Positions 54,244 through 62,876 of a stretch of 64,000 nt of DNA are shown here, in pieces (the stretch's first letter is position 1; each line of letters starts with the position of its first letter). The translations under genes and the position numbers were made by a program. Origin of the DNA: Gemmatimonadota bacterium (GTDB taxonomy: Bacteria; Gemmatimonadota; Gemmatimonadetes; Longimicrobiales; RSA9); contig JBBDRO010000103.1 of the NCBI GenBank assembly GCA_040905425.1, positions 13,959 to 77,958 of the forward strand. The letters run 5' to 3'. The notes under the pieces were generated by a model that saw only the letters and a list, made by a program, of their open reading frames with translations, ran no database searches and was not told where the DNA came from.

Positions 54244-55214
54244 TGCTGGTGCAGTCTGAACTCGAGGTGCGGACCCAGTAGAAAACTGGCGCCCGGCGTA
54301 AGGGCCGCAGTTTCAATGCGGCGGTCGCCTATAAACGTGCCGTTGCGGGCACCCAGGTCCACCAGCTGAACGCCGTGCGCGCCCACGCGTACGATCGCGT
54401 GTTTGCGGGACAGCCACATGTCGGGATCCTCGATGCGGATATCGGCGTCAGAGCCCCGGCCGATGACGTTGTCACCCGGTGCGAGCGGAAACTGGAGAGG
54501 TCCGCCCGTGGGCAACAACACCACCAGTTCGTAGGCGGGCACGGCAGGCGCGACCCGGGTGGCGTCCTCACCACCGGGGGGCGCTGGCTTGGGCGCTCGG
54601 TGATCCACCGGCGGCGCAGGCGTCTTGCCGAGGTCGGGGAGCACGCCAAACCCGGCCATGTCCACGACAGTGTGCTGATTCCCGAGCGGAGCAGCGGGGG
54701 ATGGCTGCGCGGCCGCATCCGGCTCCTCCGGGCGGTTAGCGCCGCCCGCTGAGCCATTGCCCTCCGCCGGATCTTCCACACCCGGCGCAGGCGGCCCGAG
54801 ATCCGGCAGCGCCCCGAAGCCCATCATGTCCACCACCGTGTGCTCCGCGTCGGCTAACGCCTCGGGCGGCGAGGTGTCCGGTGGCGGAGAATCGGGCGGC
54901 CGGCGTACCATGCTGCGACTGAACACGAACTCCTGTCCGGCCACCTCGATGACATGCATCCGCTCCAGCGCCGCGCTGCTGCGGAGCGGCTGCCCGTCCA
55001 CCTGAGCGCTTCCACCTGCGGCCTCCTCCATCACGAAGCCCCCCTCCACGTGCCGGATGCGTGCGTGCACGGCGGCCAGGTCCGCGTCCTGTCCCACCGC
55101 TGGCCTGCCCGCCCCATCCACACCGAGGGCGGTGTTCCCAGCCAGTTCGAAGGTCGATCCAGCCAGCGCTCCTGTACGGCAGACCAGGCGTGCTGTGGGC
55201 GTCAGTGAAGTCAT
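54240..55214 (-). CDS. tandem FHA-domain protein
   Basis: The C-terminal FHA is canonical (NVIGRGSDADIRIEDPDMWLSRKHAIVRV...LGARNGTFI). The N-terminal FHA-like domain is degenerate (AAVHARIRHVEGGFVMEE). A Pro/Ala-rich linker carries a near-duplicated 'HTVVDM.GFG.LPDLG..PAP' segment. The stop overlaps the next start (ATGA). Confidence 0.8.
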   Translation of the reverse strand: MTSLTPTARLVCRTGALAGSTFELAGNTALGVDGAGRPAVGQDADLAAVHARIRHVEGGFVMEEAAGGSAQVDGQPLRSSAALERMHVIEVAGQEFVFSRSMVRRPPDSPPPDTSPPEALADAEHTVVDMMGFGALPDLGPPAPGVEDPAEGNGSAGGANRPEEPDAAAQPSPAAPLGNQHTVVDMAGFGVLPDLGKTPAPPVDHRAPKPAPPGGEDATRVAPAVPAYELVVLLPTGGPLQFPLAPGDNVIGRGSDADIRIEDPDMWLSRKHAIVRVGAHGVQLVDLGARNGTFIGDRRIETAALTPGASFLLGPHLEFRLHQQ

Positions 55215-55227
55215 GGCTACCTGGGGC

Positions 55228-56793
55228 TCAGCGGGACAGGGTGGACCAGTGCGACTTGTCCGGATGGAACTGATGACAGGACGTGCAGCTGGCGGGCGCA
55301 GTCCTGCTGCCGTGACACGAGCGGCAGCTCTCGATGGTGGGGAGATTCACGACCTCCGCCCGGTCCTGAGCAGCCGTTGCGTCCTCCCCCGACAAAAGCA
55401 GCTCGCGCGTGGGAATTACGTCGTGGCAGTCCATGCAGCGGGCGTGCACAACGTGCGCCCGGTGATCGAATTCCGCGCGCGCCAGACCGCCGTGGGCCGG
55501 TTGTTGCACGCGCCTGATGGTGGCGCGCTCCACCACGTGGCACTGGACGCACGGCTCGATGATGGCGCTGATGACGGCCTCGTATGCCGCTACGTCCATC
55601 GTCCCGGTAGCCACCCCGTCGGCCTCGTCGGCGGGGCCCACTCCGAAACGTGTGGCGTCCAGCGGCGCGTAGGGATCCTCCAGGCGGGCCTCCACGGCGG
55701 CCAGCAACTCCGACAGTTCGGCGATCTCGCGCTGCACCGCCGGCGAGGGATCGCCCCGCAGGCCCTCGATCTGCCTCGCCAGGGTGGCGATTGCCTCCCG
55801 GTGCAGCGCGCGGACCTGATCGGGCGGCACCTCCGCCGAGGTGTCCAGGAGGTCAGCCAGCTCAGCGCCCGGGTAGAGGTCGCCGCGCAACTTCCGGAGG
55901 TTGTGGAGGATCCACGGGTCGGCGTGGTAGACCGGCCGCTTCACCACGGAACCACCCAGATCGGTGAACTCACCGGCGTTCCAGAAGTATGCCCACTGGC
56001 TCCCGGGCTCACCGGCGCTGCGGATGTCACCCAACGTGGCAACGCCAGGGCCGCTGCCGGAGGCCACCCGGGCGGGCTCCGTGGCGTCGCTCCGAGAGAG
56101 ATGGCAGGCATCACAGTGCCGGTCGAAGGCCAGGGGCTGAAAGCCCTTCCCGTCCGCCTCAGGCGTGTGGCAGCTCAGGCACGCCGCCTCGGGCTCCACC
56201 AGTTCGCTTTCCGCCATCACCTCTCGCACGTGCTGCACGTGGGCGAATTTCAGATTGGCCACGCCCGCGTTGTCCTCCACGGCAAAATCGAATTCCGGGT
56301 GGTCCTTTTCAAAGGAATTCACCTCGTGGCAGGATACGCACCGGGCATCGGCCACTTCCTGCAGGGAGGCCTCTCTGCCCTGGTGCTCACGGTGACAGGT
56401 GCCGCAAGCCACCTCGTGGACATCGGCAGCCGAACGGTCCGCCTCCCCGGAGCGGTACATATAGTGGCGCGCGAACGTGTAGATCCCGAGCTCGCCGCCG
56501 GACTGCTGATGACAGCTCAGGCATTTGGCGTCGGCCGTGCCTTGAAGCGGCGTGTGGCAAGCGGCGCAGTCCCCGTCGAAGATAGCGTGACTGTCCGTGA
56601 GCGGCGCGCCGGCAATGGCCGTCCCCCGGCCCAGGAAAGCGCTGGCGAGCAGGAGCACGGCCAGGACGAGGCCAGCCAGCCCTCCGCATGCAAAGAGACG
56701 GCTGCGGCTCGTGAGCCGCGTGTACCGGTCCGCCACCGGGAGTCGGTGTGGCGAGAAGAATCCCTTCTCGAAGCGACGATCTTCCGAGCCCAC
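55228..56793 (-). CDS. membrane-anchored decaheme c-type cytochrome
   Basis: Ten CxxCH motifs read in the translation: CAACH, CLSCH, CGTCH, CVSCH, CLSCH, CDACH, then CVQCH, CMDCH, CRSCH, CTSCH. N-terminal TM/signal anchor LAGLVLAVLLLASAFL. GTG start 15 nt after the upstream stop. Confidence 0.85.
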   Translation of the reverse strand: MGSEDRRFEKGFFSPHRLPVADRYTRLTSRSRLFACGGLAGLVLAVLLLASAFLGRGTAIAGAPLTDSHAIFDGDCAACHTPLQGTADAKCLSCHQQSGGELGIYTFARHYMYRSGEADRSAADVHEVACGTCHREHQGREASLQEVADARCVSCHEVNSFEKDHPEFDFAVEDNAGVANLKFAHVQHVREVMAESELVEPEAACLSCHTPEADGKGFQPLAFDRHCDACHLSRSDATEPARVASGSGPGVATLGDIRSAGEPGSQWAYFWNAGEFTDLGGSVVKRPVYHADPWILHNLRKLRGDLYPGAELADLLDTSAEVPPDQVRALHREAIATLARQIEGLRGDPSPAVQREIAELSELLAAVEARLEDPYAPLDATRFGVGPADEADGVATGTMDVAAYEAVISAIIEPCVQCHVVERATIRRVQQPAHGGLARAEFDHRAHVVHARCMDCHDVIPTRELLLSGEDATAAQDRAEVVNLPTIESCRSCHGSRTAPASCTSCHQFHPDKSHWSTLSR

Positions 56794-56808
56794 GCGGTGC
56801 CTGCCAGG

Positions 56809-57651
56809 CTAGAAGTAGAGAATGAAGAACACGTGCAGCACCACCAACGCCAGCAGCGCCACAGCCGCGGGCAGGTGGAGCACGAGCCAGCCGCGCAGCA
56901 CGCGCTGCAGCGTATAGTGGACGTCCATCTCGTGCTTGGTGACGCGCAGCCCCTGCACCTCGTCCACCACCGCCGCGTCTTCCGCCTCCAGGGTGCACTT
57001 GAGCAGCTCGACTTCCCGTGTGCCGCGCAGGTGGGCGGCGGGGCTCCGGAACAGTTCACGATAGGTGACCCGCGGCCCCGCCATCACCGGCGCCACGCGC
57101 TTCTGGAACCAGCTTCGCACGCGTGGGTCTGATTCCGCCACCTTGGCCTCCGCGCGGGCGCGCAACTCGTCGACCAGACCGGGGATCCGCTCCAGGTGGA
57201 CCTCGAACGAGGAGGTGGTGTTCAGCACCTGCGGAACTGCCCGCTGCAGAAAGAGGCCCACCGCACCCGTCAGGACCACCCAGAGGCTCAGCAGCCAGAG
57301 CCCCGCCACCATTCCGCCCGAGGGCAGCCCGAAACCGGTGTGGTAGAGGAAGAGCAGGAAAAACAGGGTGCCCCCCCACAGGTGTACCTGCAAGTACGTC
57401 CGCGTGGGGCCGAGGCGCCGCACGGCGGGCATGGCGCGGCGGGCCGAGTAGAGCATTACTGCCAGGAGCGACAGCGCCGCCGCCACGCCGAGCCCGAGCC
57501 CGAGCGGGGAACTGGGTGCCACACCACCGGTGGCCATGCCTACCATGAATGCCACTGTAGCAGCAACGGCACCCAGGGTACTGAGCAGGGGAACAGGCCC
57601 GGAACGCACCACGCCTCCGGCACCGCGCAGGCGCTGAACCAGAGCCGTCAT
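56809..57651 (-). CDS. integral membrane protein with two His-N13-His pairs (candidate di-heme b transmembrane electron carrier)
   Basis: ATG 57651 overlaps the upstream stop (ATGA). About 5 TM helices. H90/H104 lie in YLQVHLWGGTLFFLLFLYHTG, and H260/H274 in WLVLHLPAAVALLALVVLHVFF. A soluble segment of about 115 aa sits between TM4 and TM5. The function is inference only. Confidence 0.6.
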   Translation of the reverse strand: MTALVQRLRGAGGVVRSGPVPLLSTLGAVAATVAFMVGMATGGVAPSSPLGLGLGVAAALSLLAVMLYSARRAMPAVRRLGPTRTYLQVHLWGGTLFFLLFLYHTGFGLPSGGMVAGLWLLSLWVVLTGAVGLFLQRAVPQVLNTTSSFEVHLERIPGLVDELRARAEAKVAESDPRVRSWFQKRVAPVMAGPRVTYRELFRSPAAHLRGTREVELLKCTLEAEDAAVVDEVQGLRVTKHEMDVHYTLQRVLRGWLVLHLPAAVALLALVVLHVFFILYF

Positions 57652-59246
57652 ACCGGCATCTCCGCTGCACGCTTCGCCTGCCGCAGTAGGTCGAACTCTT
57701 CGGTGCCGGAAACGCGGTGCGCGGCGCTGTGCGGGCAGCTGGCCACGCAGGCCGGTCCCTCCGGCGCCTGGTAGCAAAGATCGCACTTGCTGGCCACCGC
57801 CCGGGGCTGCCCACGCAAATAGCTGGGCACCGCATCGGGGCCCCACGAGGTGTCCAGGTCGTGCATGACGATGGAATCATACGGGCAGTTCTGCTCGCAG
57901 GCGCCGCAACCGATGCAGATGGCGGGATCGATTTCCACCACCGCACCCACGTTCAGCCGGCGGATGGCGCCCGTGGGGCACCCCACCAGGCACGTGGGAT
58001 CCTGACAGTGATAGCAGGAGCGGGCCACCATGAAGCCGTCGTAGACCTCACCTTCGCGCACGAACCGAGGGCGGCCGCCATGGGTGCTGGCGCACCCGCG
58101 CACGCAATCGTCGCAGCGGGTGCAGGCCTCGAGGTCAATGACCAGCACACTGTTCGCCTGCGCAATGCCCTTGGCGAGCGTGAAGTCGAGCAGATCCGAA
58201 CGGGCCAGGTCAGAGCGGGTGGCACCCATGATCTTGATCCGCTCCATGGCAGTGCCCCACAGGCGTTGCTCCAGTTCCGGCTGCGCGGCCAGGGCGTCCA
58301 GGAAGGCGTCCCGGCCGATGCGGACCAGCTCCGAGTTGCCTACTGAGGAGGCGCTCACCTGCCACACGCCGGAGCCGTCCACCATGAGTTCGGACTCCCC
58401 GAGCGAATCACCCTTGCTGAGGTACGATACGGCTACCTCGGCGGCGCCCAGCGCCTGTGAGAGCCGCAGGCAACCGGAGCGTACCAGGACGAAGTGCTCC
58501 GTGGGCTCGCCCTCCCGGACGGCCACCTCCCCCGGCTCGCACGACACCAGTTCGGCCGCGGCCACCAGCCGCTCAAGCGTTTCCGGCGTGCAGCCGTGCA
58601 GCAGCGGGGTGCCGGCCAGGTGCTGTCGCAGCATGCGGGCCTTGTAGAGCTCGTCCAGCCGTATCCGGAGCGCGCGTGATTTACGGCGCAGCTTGCGGAG
58701 CGCGGGCAGGCGGATCTGCAGTAGCGTACAGGCGCTCGCCGTGCGGGCGGTGGCGGATTGCGGCCAACCGTTCATGGCGCCGATCTCGCCAAACAGTTCG
58801 CCAGGTCCCAAGCGCATGCACTCGTCCGCAGCCACGTCGAAGTCCATGGACGCCAGCATCACCGTTCCGCCGCTATGGCTCTCCCGATCGGCTTCGTAGG
58901 GGGCTTCACCCGCCACCGCGCCTGCGCCGCTTCCGAAGATGGGCTGAACCGCGCTCTCCGGGCGCGCCAGGAAGACCTCCACTTCGCCGCTCACCACCAG
59001 GAATGCCAGGTCCAGGTAGCTGCCCTGCTCGAAGATCACCGCCCCCGCGTTCCACTCCGCCAGCGATAGGTCGGGGCTCAACTCCTTCAGGAGGTCGTCA
59101 TCGAATTCCTGCAAGATGCCGATCTTTTTGAGCTGCGCGGGGGTGGGCAGGCTGGAGATGCTACGGATCCCTGTGTGCTCGCCGAAGGAGGACCAGCGGT
59201 CGCCGTGCTGGCGACTCATCATGACCAGGGTCCCTGATGCTTCCAT
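57648..59246 (-). CDS. two cyclic-nucleotide-binding domains fused to a 4x[4Fe-4S] DmsB/NrfC-like ferredoxin
   Basis: cNMP-binding 1: GAVIFEQGSYLDLAFLVVSGEVEV...GELFGEIGAMNGWPQSATARTA. cNMP-binding 2: GEVAVREGEPTEHFVLVRSGCLRL...GDSLGESELM. Four Cys clusters: CTRCDDCVRGC, CYHCQDPTCLVGCP, CIGCGACEQNCP, CDLCYQAPEGPACVASCP. No twin-arginine or signal sequence. Confidence 0.85.
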   Translation of the reverse strand: MEASGTLVMMSRQHGDRWSSFGEHTGIRSISSLPTPAQLKKIGILQEFDDDLLKELSPDLSLAEWNAGAVIFEQGSYLDLAFLVVSGEVEVFLARPESAVQPIFGSGAGAVAGEAPYEADRESHSGGTVMLASMDFDVAADECMRLGPGELFGEIGAMNGWPQSATARTASACTLLQIRLPALRKLRRKSRALRIRLDELYKARMLRQHLAGTPLLHGCTPETLERLVAAAELVSCEPGEVAVREGEPTEHFVLVRSGCLRLSQALGAAEVAVSYLSKGDSLGESELMVDGSGVWQVSASSVGNSELVRIGRDAFLDALAAQPELEQRLWGTAMERIKIMGATRSDLARSDLLDFTLAKGIAQANSVLVIDLEACTRCDDCVRGCASTHGGRPRFVREGEVYDGFMVARSCYHCQDPTCLVGCPTGAIRRLNVGAVVEIDPAICIGCGACEQNCPYDSIVMHDLDTSWGPDAVPSYLRGQPRAVASKCDLCYQAPEGPACVASCPHSAAHRVSGTEEFDLLRQAKRAAEMPV

Positions 59247-59258
59247 GGGCGTTCCGAC

Positions 59259-61334
59259 TCAATTGCCGCGGCCGATAGCCGCGTAGATGCGCTCCAGGCG
59301 CTGCTTCACCAGGAGCAGGACTTCCTCGGGTGTCATGGAGCCCGGCGCAACGTCAATCGGCTCCAGATCCAGGCTGCCGGATACGGTGCGTGCCGGTGCC
59401 ATCCCCGGCATAGGGGGCGGCGCCGCAAAACCGGCGCTCCCTCCGGTCGACCCGCCCGGGCTGCTGCCCACCGCGGTGAGAGGACGGCTCGGCGGCAGCG
59501 GCTCCACCACCTCCACCTGAGGTATGGGCCGGTCGGCCACGGCGCTCGTGAACGCCGCATTCAGCGCTCCCTCGGCCACCTCCGGATACGCGGCCCCGCG
59601 TTTCCCCCGCTCCAACTGCGGCTTCTTGCCTGGCCAGTGGGCTATGCTCCGATTGGCGGTGCCGATGTCATAGCCGCTACCCGAGGGGTGTCCGGCCGCG
59701 AGCAGCCGCTCATCACTGACGTGGTGACAGCCCGCGCACGTCCGTGCGCGCTCGTCAGCCTTCTTGAGGGCACGCATTCCCGCCTGTGGATTGCCCCCCT
59801 CCTGGTGCGGCTCCAGGAAGGCGGCGCCCGCGCCGTGGCAGCTCTCGCAGCTGACACCCGGCTCCACCACTCGCATGGACCGCTCATCCACGGTACCGTG
59901 GCAGCTCATGCAGATCTGATCCCCCCGCCCCATGGCGGCCGGGCCGATGCCGTACAACGTGGCGATCTTCCGTGCTCGAGGATCGTCGCCGAGGAGGCGG
60001 CGGCCAGTCTGCTGATGGGGGTCCCCGTACCACCACTCCTCCGCTTCGCCATGGCAGGAGGCGCACTCGCCGACGCCCACGGTGCCGTTCTGCGCTGGGC
60101 TGTGCCACGCCGGCTGGCGCCGGATCTCTCCCGGCATGTCGGGCGGCGGAGTGACCGCTGGGGGGCTGGCGCCCGGGGCTGCTGGCGCGGTCCCCCCGTC
60201 ACCCCCTGGCCCGGCGCTGGGTTCCACGGTGGTGCCGCTGCCCACCGAGCCGGTGGCCGCGGCCACCGGCGCAACAACGGGCGCTCCCGCGATCACCGTA
60301 TCCAGCACCGCCAGGACCGCCGCGTCCGCGGAGCGCGCGAACTGCTGCCCTATTCCACGAATCCTCTCCGCCGCGGTCTCCAGCTCCGCCCGGTTGCTGG
60401 CCACCAGGCGCAGGTCCTTCCCGGTTCTCAGCACCTCCTCCACAGCCGGCACGGAAGCGACGGTCGCCACCTCCTCCAGCGCCCGATACGCACCCTGCGC
60501 CGCGCGTTCCATGGATCGCGCGTAGCGCCCCTCCGCGGTGGCGCCTGCCAGGCCACGGAGCGCGTATTCGTACGCCAGGATCCGACCGGTGACGAACATC
60601 ATGCGATTTCGCTCGGGGGTGAGTTCCCGGTTCACACCCTCGGTGCCGTGCAGGAAGTTGTGCCGGACCTGCTCCACCCTGGCCACCAGGTCGAAGTCCG
60701 TGGTGCCCGTCCGGTGTTCACCGCGGTTGACAAGCTCTTCTTGCGGCACGGTGTGGCATTCAAAACAGTTGGCCACCACGGCGTAGATGTCCGCCGACGG
60801 CGGCAGCATGCCCTCCGCCGCGGCGGCGGCGATGCGCTGTTCCCTGGCCGCGGCCGATTCGTCGCCGCTGGACGGCAGCTTATTGTGGACATTCAGCCAT
60901 CCCTGGGCCGGGCCATGGCACGACTCGCACGAAACGCCGGCGACCGCCTTCCGGTCCGGCCCGACCGTGTAGTGGCACCGCATGCAGACCGCTTCCTGGC
61001 GCTTCGTGACCCGCAGGTTCATGCGCTGCAGAATGGCCTTTGCGTTCTCGTCCTTGTGCAGCGTCTCGTACCCCTGCGCGTGCTTCGTCTCCTGCCAGAC
61101 CTCCCATTCGTCAGTATGGCAGACGCCGCACGGCTCGTAGCCCTTGGCGTTCTCCACCACTACGCGGTCGGGATCGATGCGGAGGAAGGGCGAGTCGGAA
61201 AAGTCGGCCGGCTCCTGGGCCAGCAGGGCGTACGCCCCGGCCAGTCCAAGCGTGCCGAGCCCCGCCAGCCCGGCGGCGAGCCGGCGGCGGGGCTGGCGCA
61301 ATTGCCGGTAGCGGAACGACTTCAACGGTGGCAT
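59259..61334 (-). CDS. octaheme c-type cytochrome (two tetraheme modules)
   Basis: Signal/anchor LAGLGTLGLAGAYALLAQ. CxxCH x8: CGVCH, CMRCH, CESCH, CFECH, then CASCH, CMSCH, CESCH, CAGCH. The two halves are visibly paralogous. Confidence 0.85.
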   Translation of the reverse strand: MPPLKSFRYRQLRQPRRRLAAGLAGLGTLGLAGAYALLAQEPADFSDSPFLRIDPDRVVVENAKGYEPCGVCHTDEWEVWQETKHAQGYETLHKDENAKAILQRMNLRVTKRQEAVCMRCHYTVGPDRKAVAGVSCESCHGPAQGWLNVHNKLPSSGDESAAAREQRIAAAAAEGMLPPSADIYAVVANCFECHTVPQEELVNRGEHRTGTTDFDLVARVEQVRHNFLHGTEGVNRELTPERNRMMFVTGRILAYEYALRGLAGATAEGRYARSMERAAQGAYRALEEVATVASVPAVEEVLRTGKDLRLVASNRAELETAAERIRGIGQQFARSADAAVLAVLDTVIAGAPVVAPVAAATGSVGSGTTVEPSAGPGGDGGTAPAAPGASPPAVTPPPDMPGEIRRQPAWHSPAQNGTVGVGECASCHGEAEEWWYGDPHQQTGRRLLGDDPRARKIATLYGIGPAAMGRGDQICMSCHGTVDERSMRVVEPGVSCESCHGAGAAFLEPHQEGGNPQAGMRALKKADERARTCAGCHHVSDERLLAAGHPSGSGYDIGTANRSIAHWPGKKPQLERGKRGAAYPEVAEGALNAAFTSAVADRPIPQVEVVEPLPPSRPLTAVGSSPGGSTGGSAGFAAPPPMPGMAPARTVSGSLDLEPIDVAPGSMTPEEVLLLVKQRLERIYAAIGRGN

Positions 61335-61367
61335 GCGGGCACTACAGACTCCGGGGAAGCACCACGA

Positions 61368-62876
61368 CTAGAACTTGTGCCGGAGTTCGAGCCGGACGCC
61401 GCTGATGGTCCCCAGATCTTTGCGATGGCCGTACATGCCGTCGGCCCGCAGGATAATGGCGTTGGTCAGCGTACGCTGCGCCCGCACGCCGAACGCTACC
61501 TGTTCGCCTGGCAGTCCGGGGCTTTCCACGAGCGGATAGCTGCCCGCCACTTCCACCACGAGTTGCCGGTCGAAGCTGGAGCCGAGCAGGTTCAGGCCGA
61601 GCGCTCCACCTACCGCGTCCTGCGCGGTCGCGGTCAGCGCGGGGAGCGCCGTGACCGCATCCGGTTCGAAGCTGAGTCCGGTGTTGCGGAGGACGCCGCC
61701 TGCTCCCGGATCCCGGGCCGCGGAGACAGGCCGGTCGAACCCGGCGAAGAGGTTCAGGTACGGTACCACCGTGGAGGGTCGCGAGGTGATGAGGGAGTTC
61801 TCCAGCAGCAACAGGTGCCCGCCGGGGGCAAGCGCACTGCCTGCGCTGACGGCGCCGACGTAGCGCAAGGAATTGGAGATGAACGTGCCGTAGCGCTTCG
61901 AAAAGGAGACGGCATAGGAGTGGTAGGACTGATCGGCCTCGGAGTCGTCACCCACGTAGGCGTACCCCGCCTCCACATAGCCACCGTAAGCCTCGATAAA
62001 CGCGTTCACGCCCGCCAGCTGACCCGTCTCCCCGATTGCCGGAGAGGCGCCATGGGACACCTTGTCGAAGCCGACGAAGAAGCTGATGTCGTAGTTCGAC
62101 CAGTCGAGCGCCGCCGAGTTGCGGGCTGGAATCGTGAACGCGGCGCCGGTGAAGGCGTCTTCGAGCCAGGTCCCGTTGTGGAAGACCAGAGGCATGAGCC
62201 CCGCTGCCACCGGCAGGTCGAAGGGTGCCGCCCGGCCAGCGAGTCCGCCGACGATGGCGCCCAGGTCTCCCTCGAAGAAGAGCGCCACCGGGATGGCCGA
62301 GAAGTTCTGGTCGAATGTGCTCGTGTCCGCGGCGAAATCGAAGCGGGTCAGGACACCGTCGTTCTCCAGCGGCCGGAATGTGGCATGGATACGCTCGGTT
62401 GCCGTGAGCTTCAGATCCACGTCCAGGTTCAGACGCGCCGCCACCGTCCCGCCCTCGTCGTCATCCACGCTATTGAAGCCGCTGGCCGCCCGCAGGTCAC
62501 CGTATAACAGGAGCTGCGGGATCAGCAGGTTCGTGCCGCCCAGCGGGGTCCCGCCCCGCCGCAGCGGCCCTGCGCCGTACATGTCGCTGCCGAGTTCCAG
62601 CAGCGGCCGCTGGGTGGGATTCAGGTGCTTGGCTCCGTAGATGTCGAGCTGCGCCTGATAGTCGTACATGGTGTCGCTGTAGACCGGATCGGGCCCGAAG
62701 GCTTCAGCCGTATGCGGCACCACACGCACCCGCGGGTCCGTCTGCTGGGCGGTGGCATCGCCGGCCAGCAGGACGCTGGCCACCGCCATTGCGCCCAGCG
62801 GAATCGACCGGCCGTTGCGCGTCGACGTGCGGGTCGCGGCCCCAGCCCGTGCCTGGGAGGAGAGTTGGCTTGTCAT
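61368..62876 (-). CDS. outer-membrane porin-like beta-barrel protein
   Basis: ATG 62876 overlaps the upstream stop (TGATG). Signal peptide GAMAVASVLLAGDATAQ. Long alternating-polarity beta-strand pattern rich in Gly and aromatics. C-terminal ...GVRLELRHKF (terminal Phe, an OMP signature). Confidence 0.7.
   Translation of the reverse strand: MTSQLSSQARAGAATRTSTRNGRSIPLGAMAVASVLLAGDATAQQTDPRVRVVPHTAEAFGPDPVYSDTMYDYQAQLDIYGAKHLNPTQRPLLELGSDMYGAGPLRRGGTPLGGTNLLIPQLLLYGDLRAASGFNSVDDDEGGTVAARLNLDVDLKLTATERIHATFRPLENDGVLTRFDFAADTSTFDQNFSAIPVALFFEGDLGAIVGGLAGRAAPFDLPVAAGLMPLVFHNGTWLEDAFTGAAFTIPARNSAALDWSNYDISFFVGFDKVSHGASPAIGETGQLAGVNAFIEAYGGYVEAGYAYVGDDSEADQSYHSYAVSFSKRYGTFISNSLRYVGAVSAGSALAPGGHLLLLENSLITSRPSTVVPYLNLFAGFDRPVSAARDPGAGGVLRNTGLSFEPDAVTALPALTATAQDAVGGALGLNLLGSSFDRQLVVEVAGSYPLVESPGLPGEQVAFGVRAQRTLTNAIILRADGMYGHRKDLGTISGVRLELRHKF

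Noticed and set aside
55057-57132. 691-aa plus-strand ORF
   Set aside because: It is antisense to the decaheme cytochrome and the membrane-protein genes. Its composition is typical of shadow frames.
59637-62507. 956-aa plus-strand ORF
   Set aside because: It is antisense to the octaheme cytochrome (8 CxxCH) and the porin-like gene. It is Arg/Gly/His/Pro-rich with no recognisable domain.
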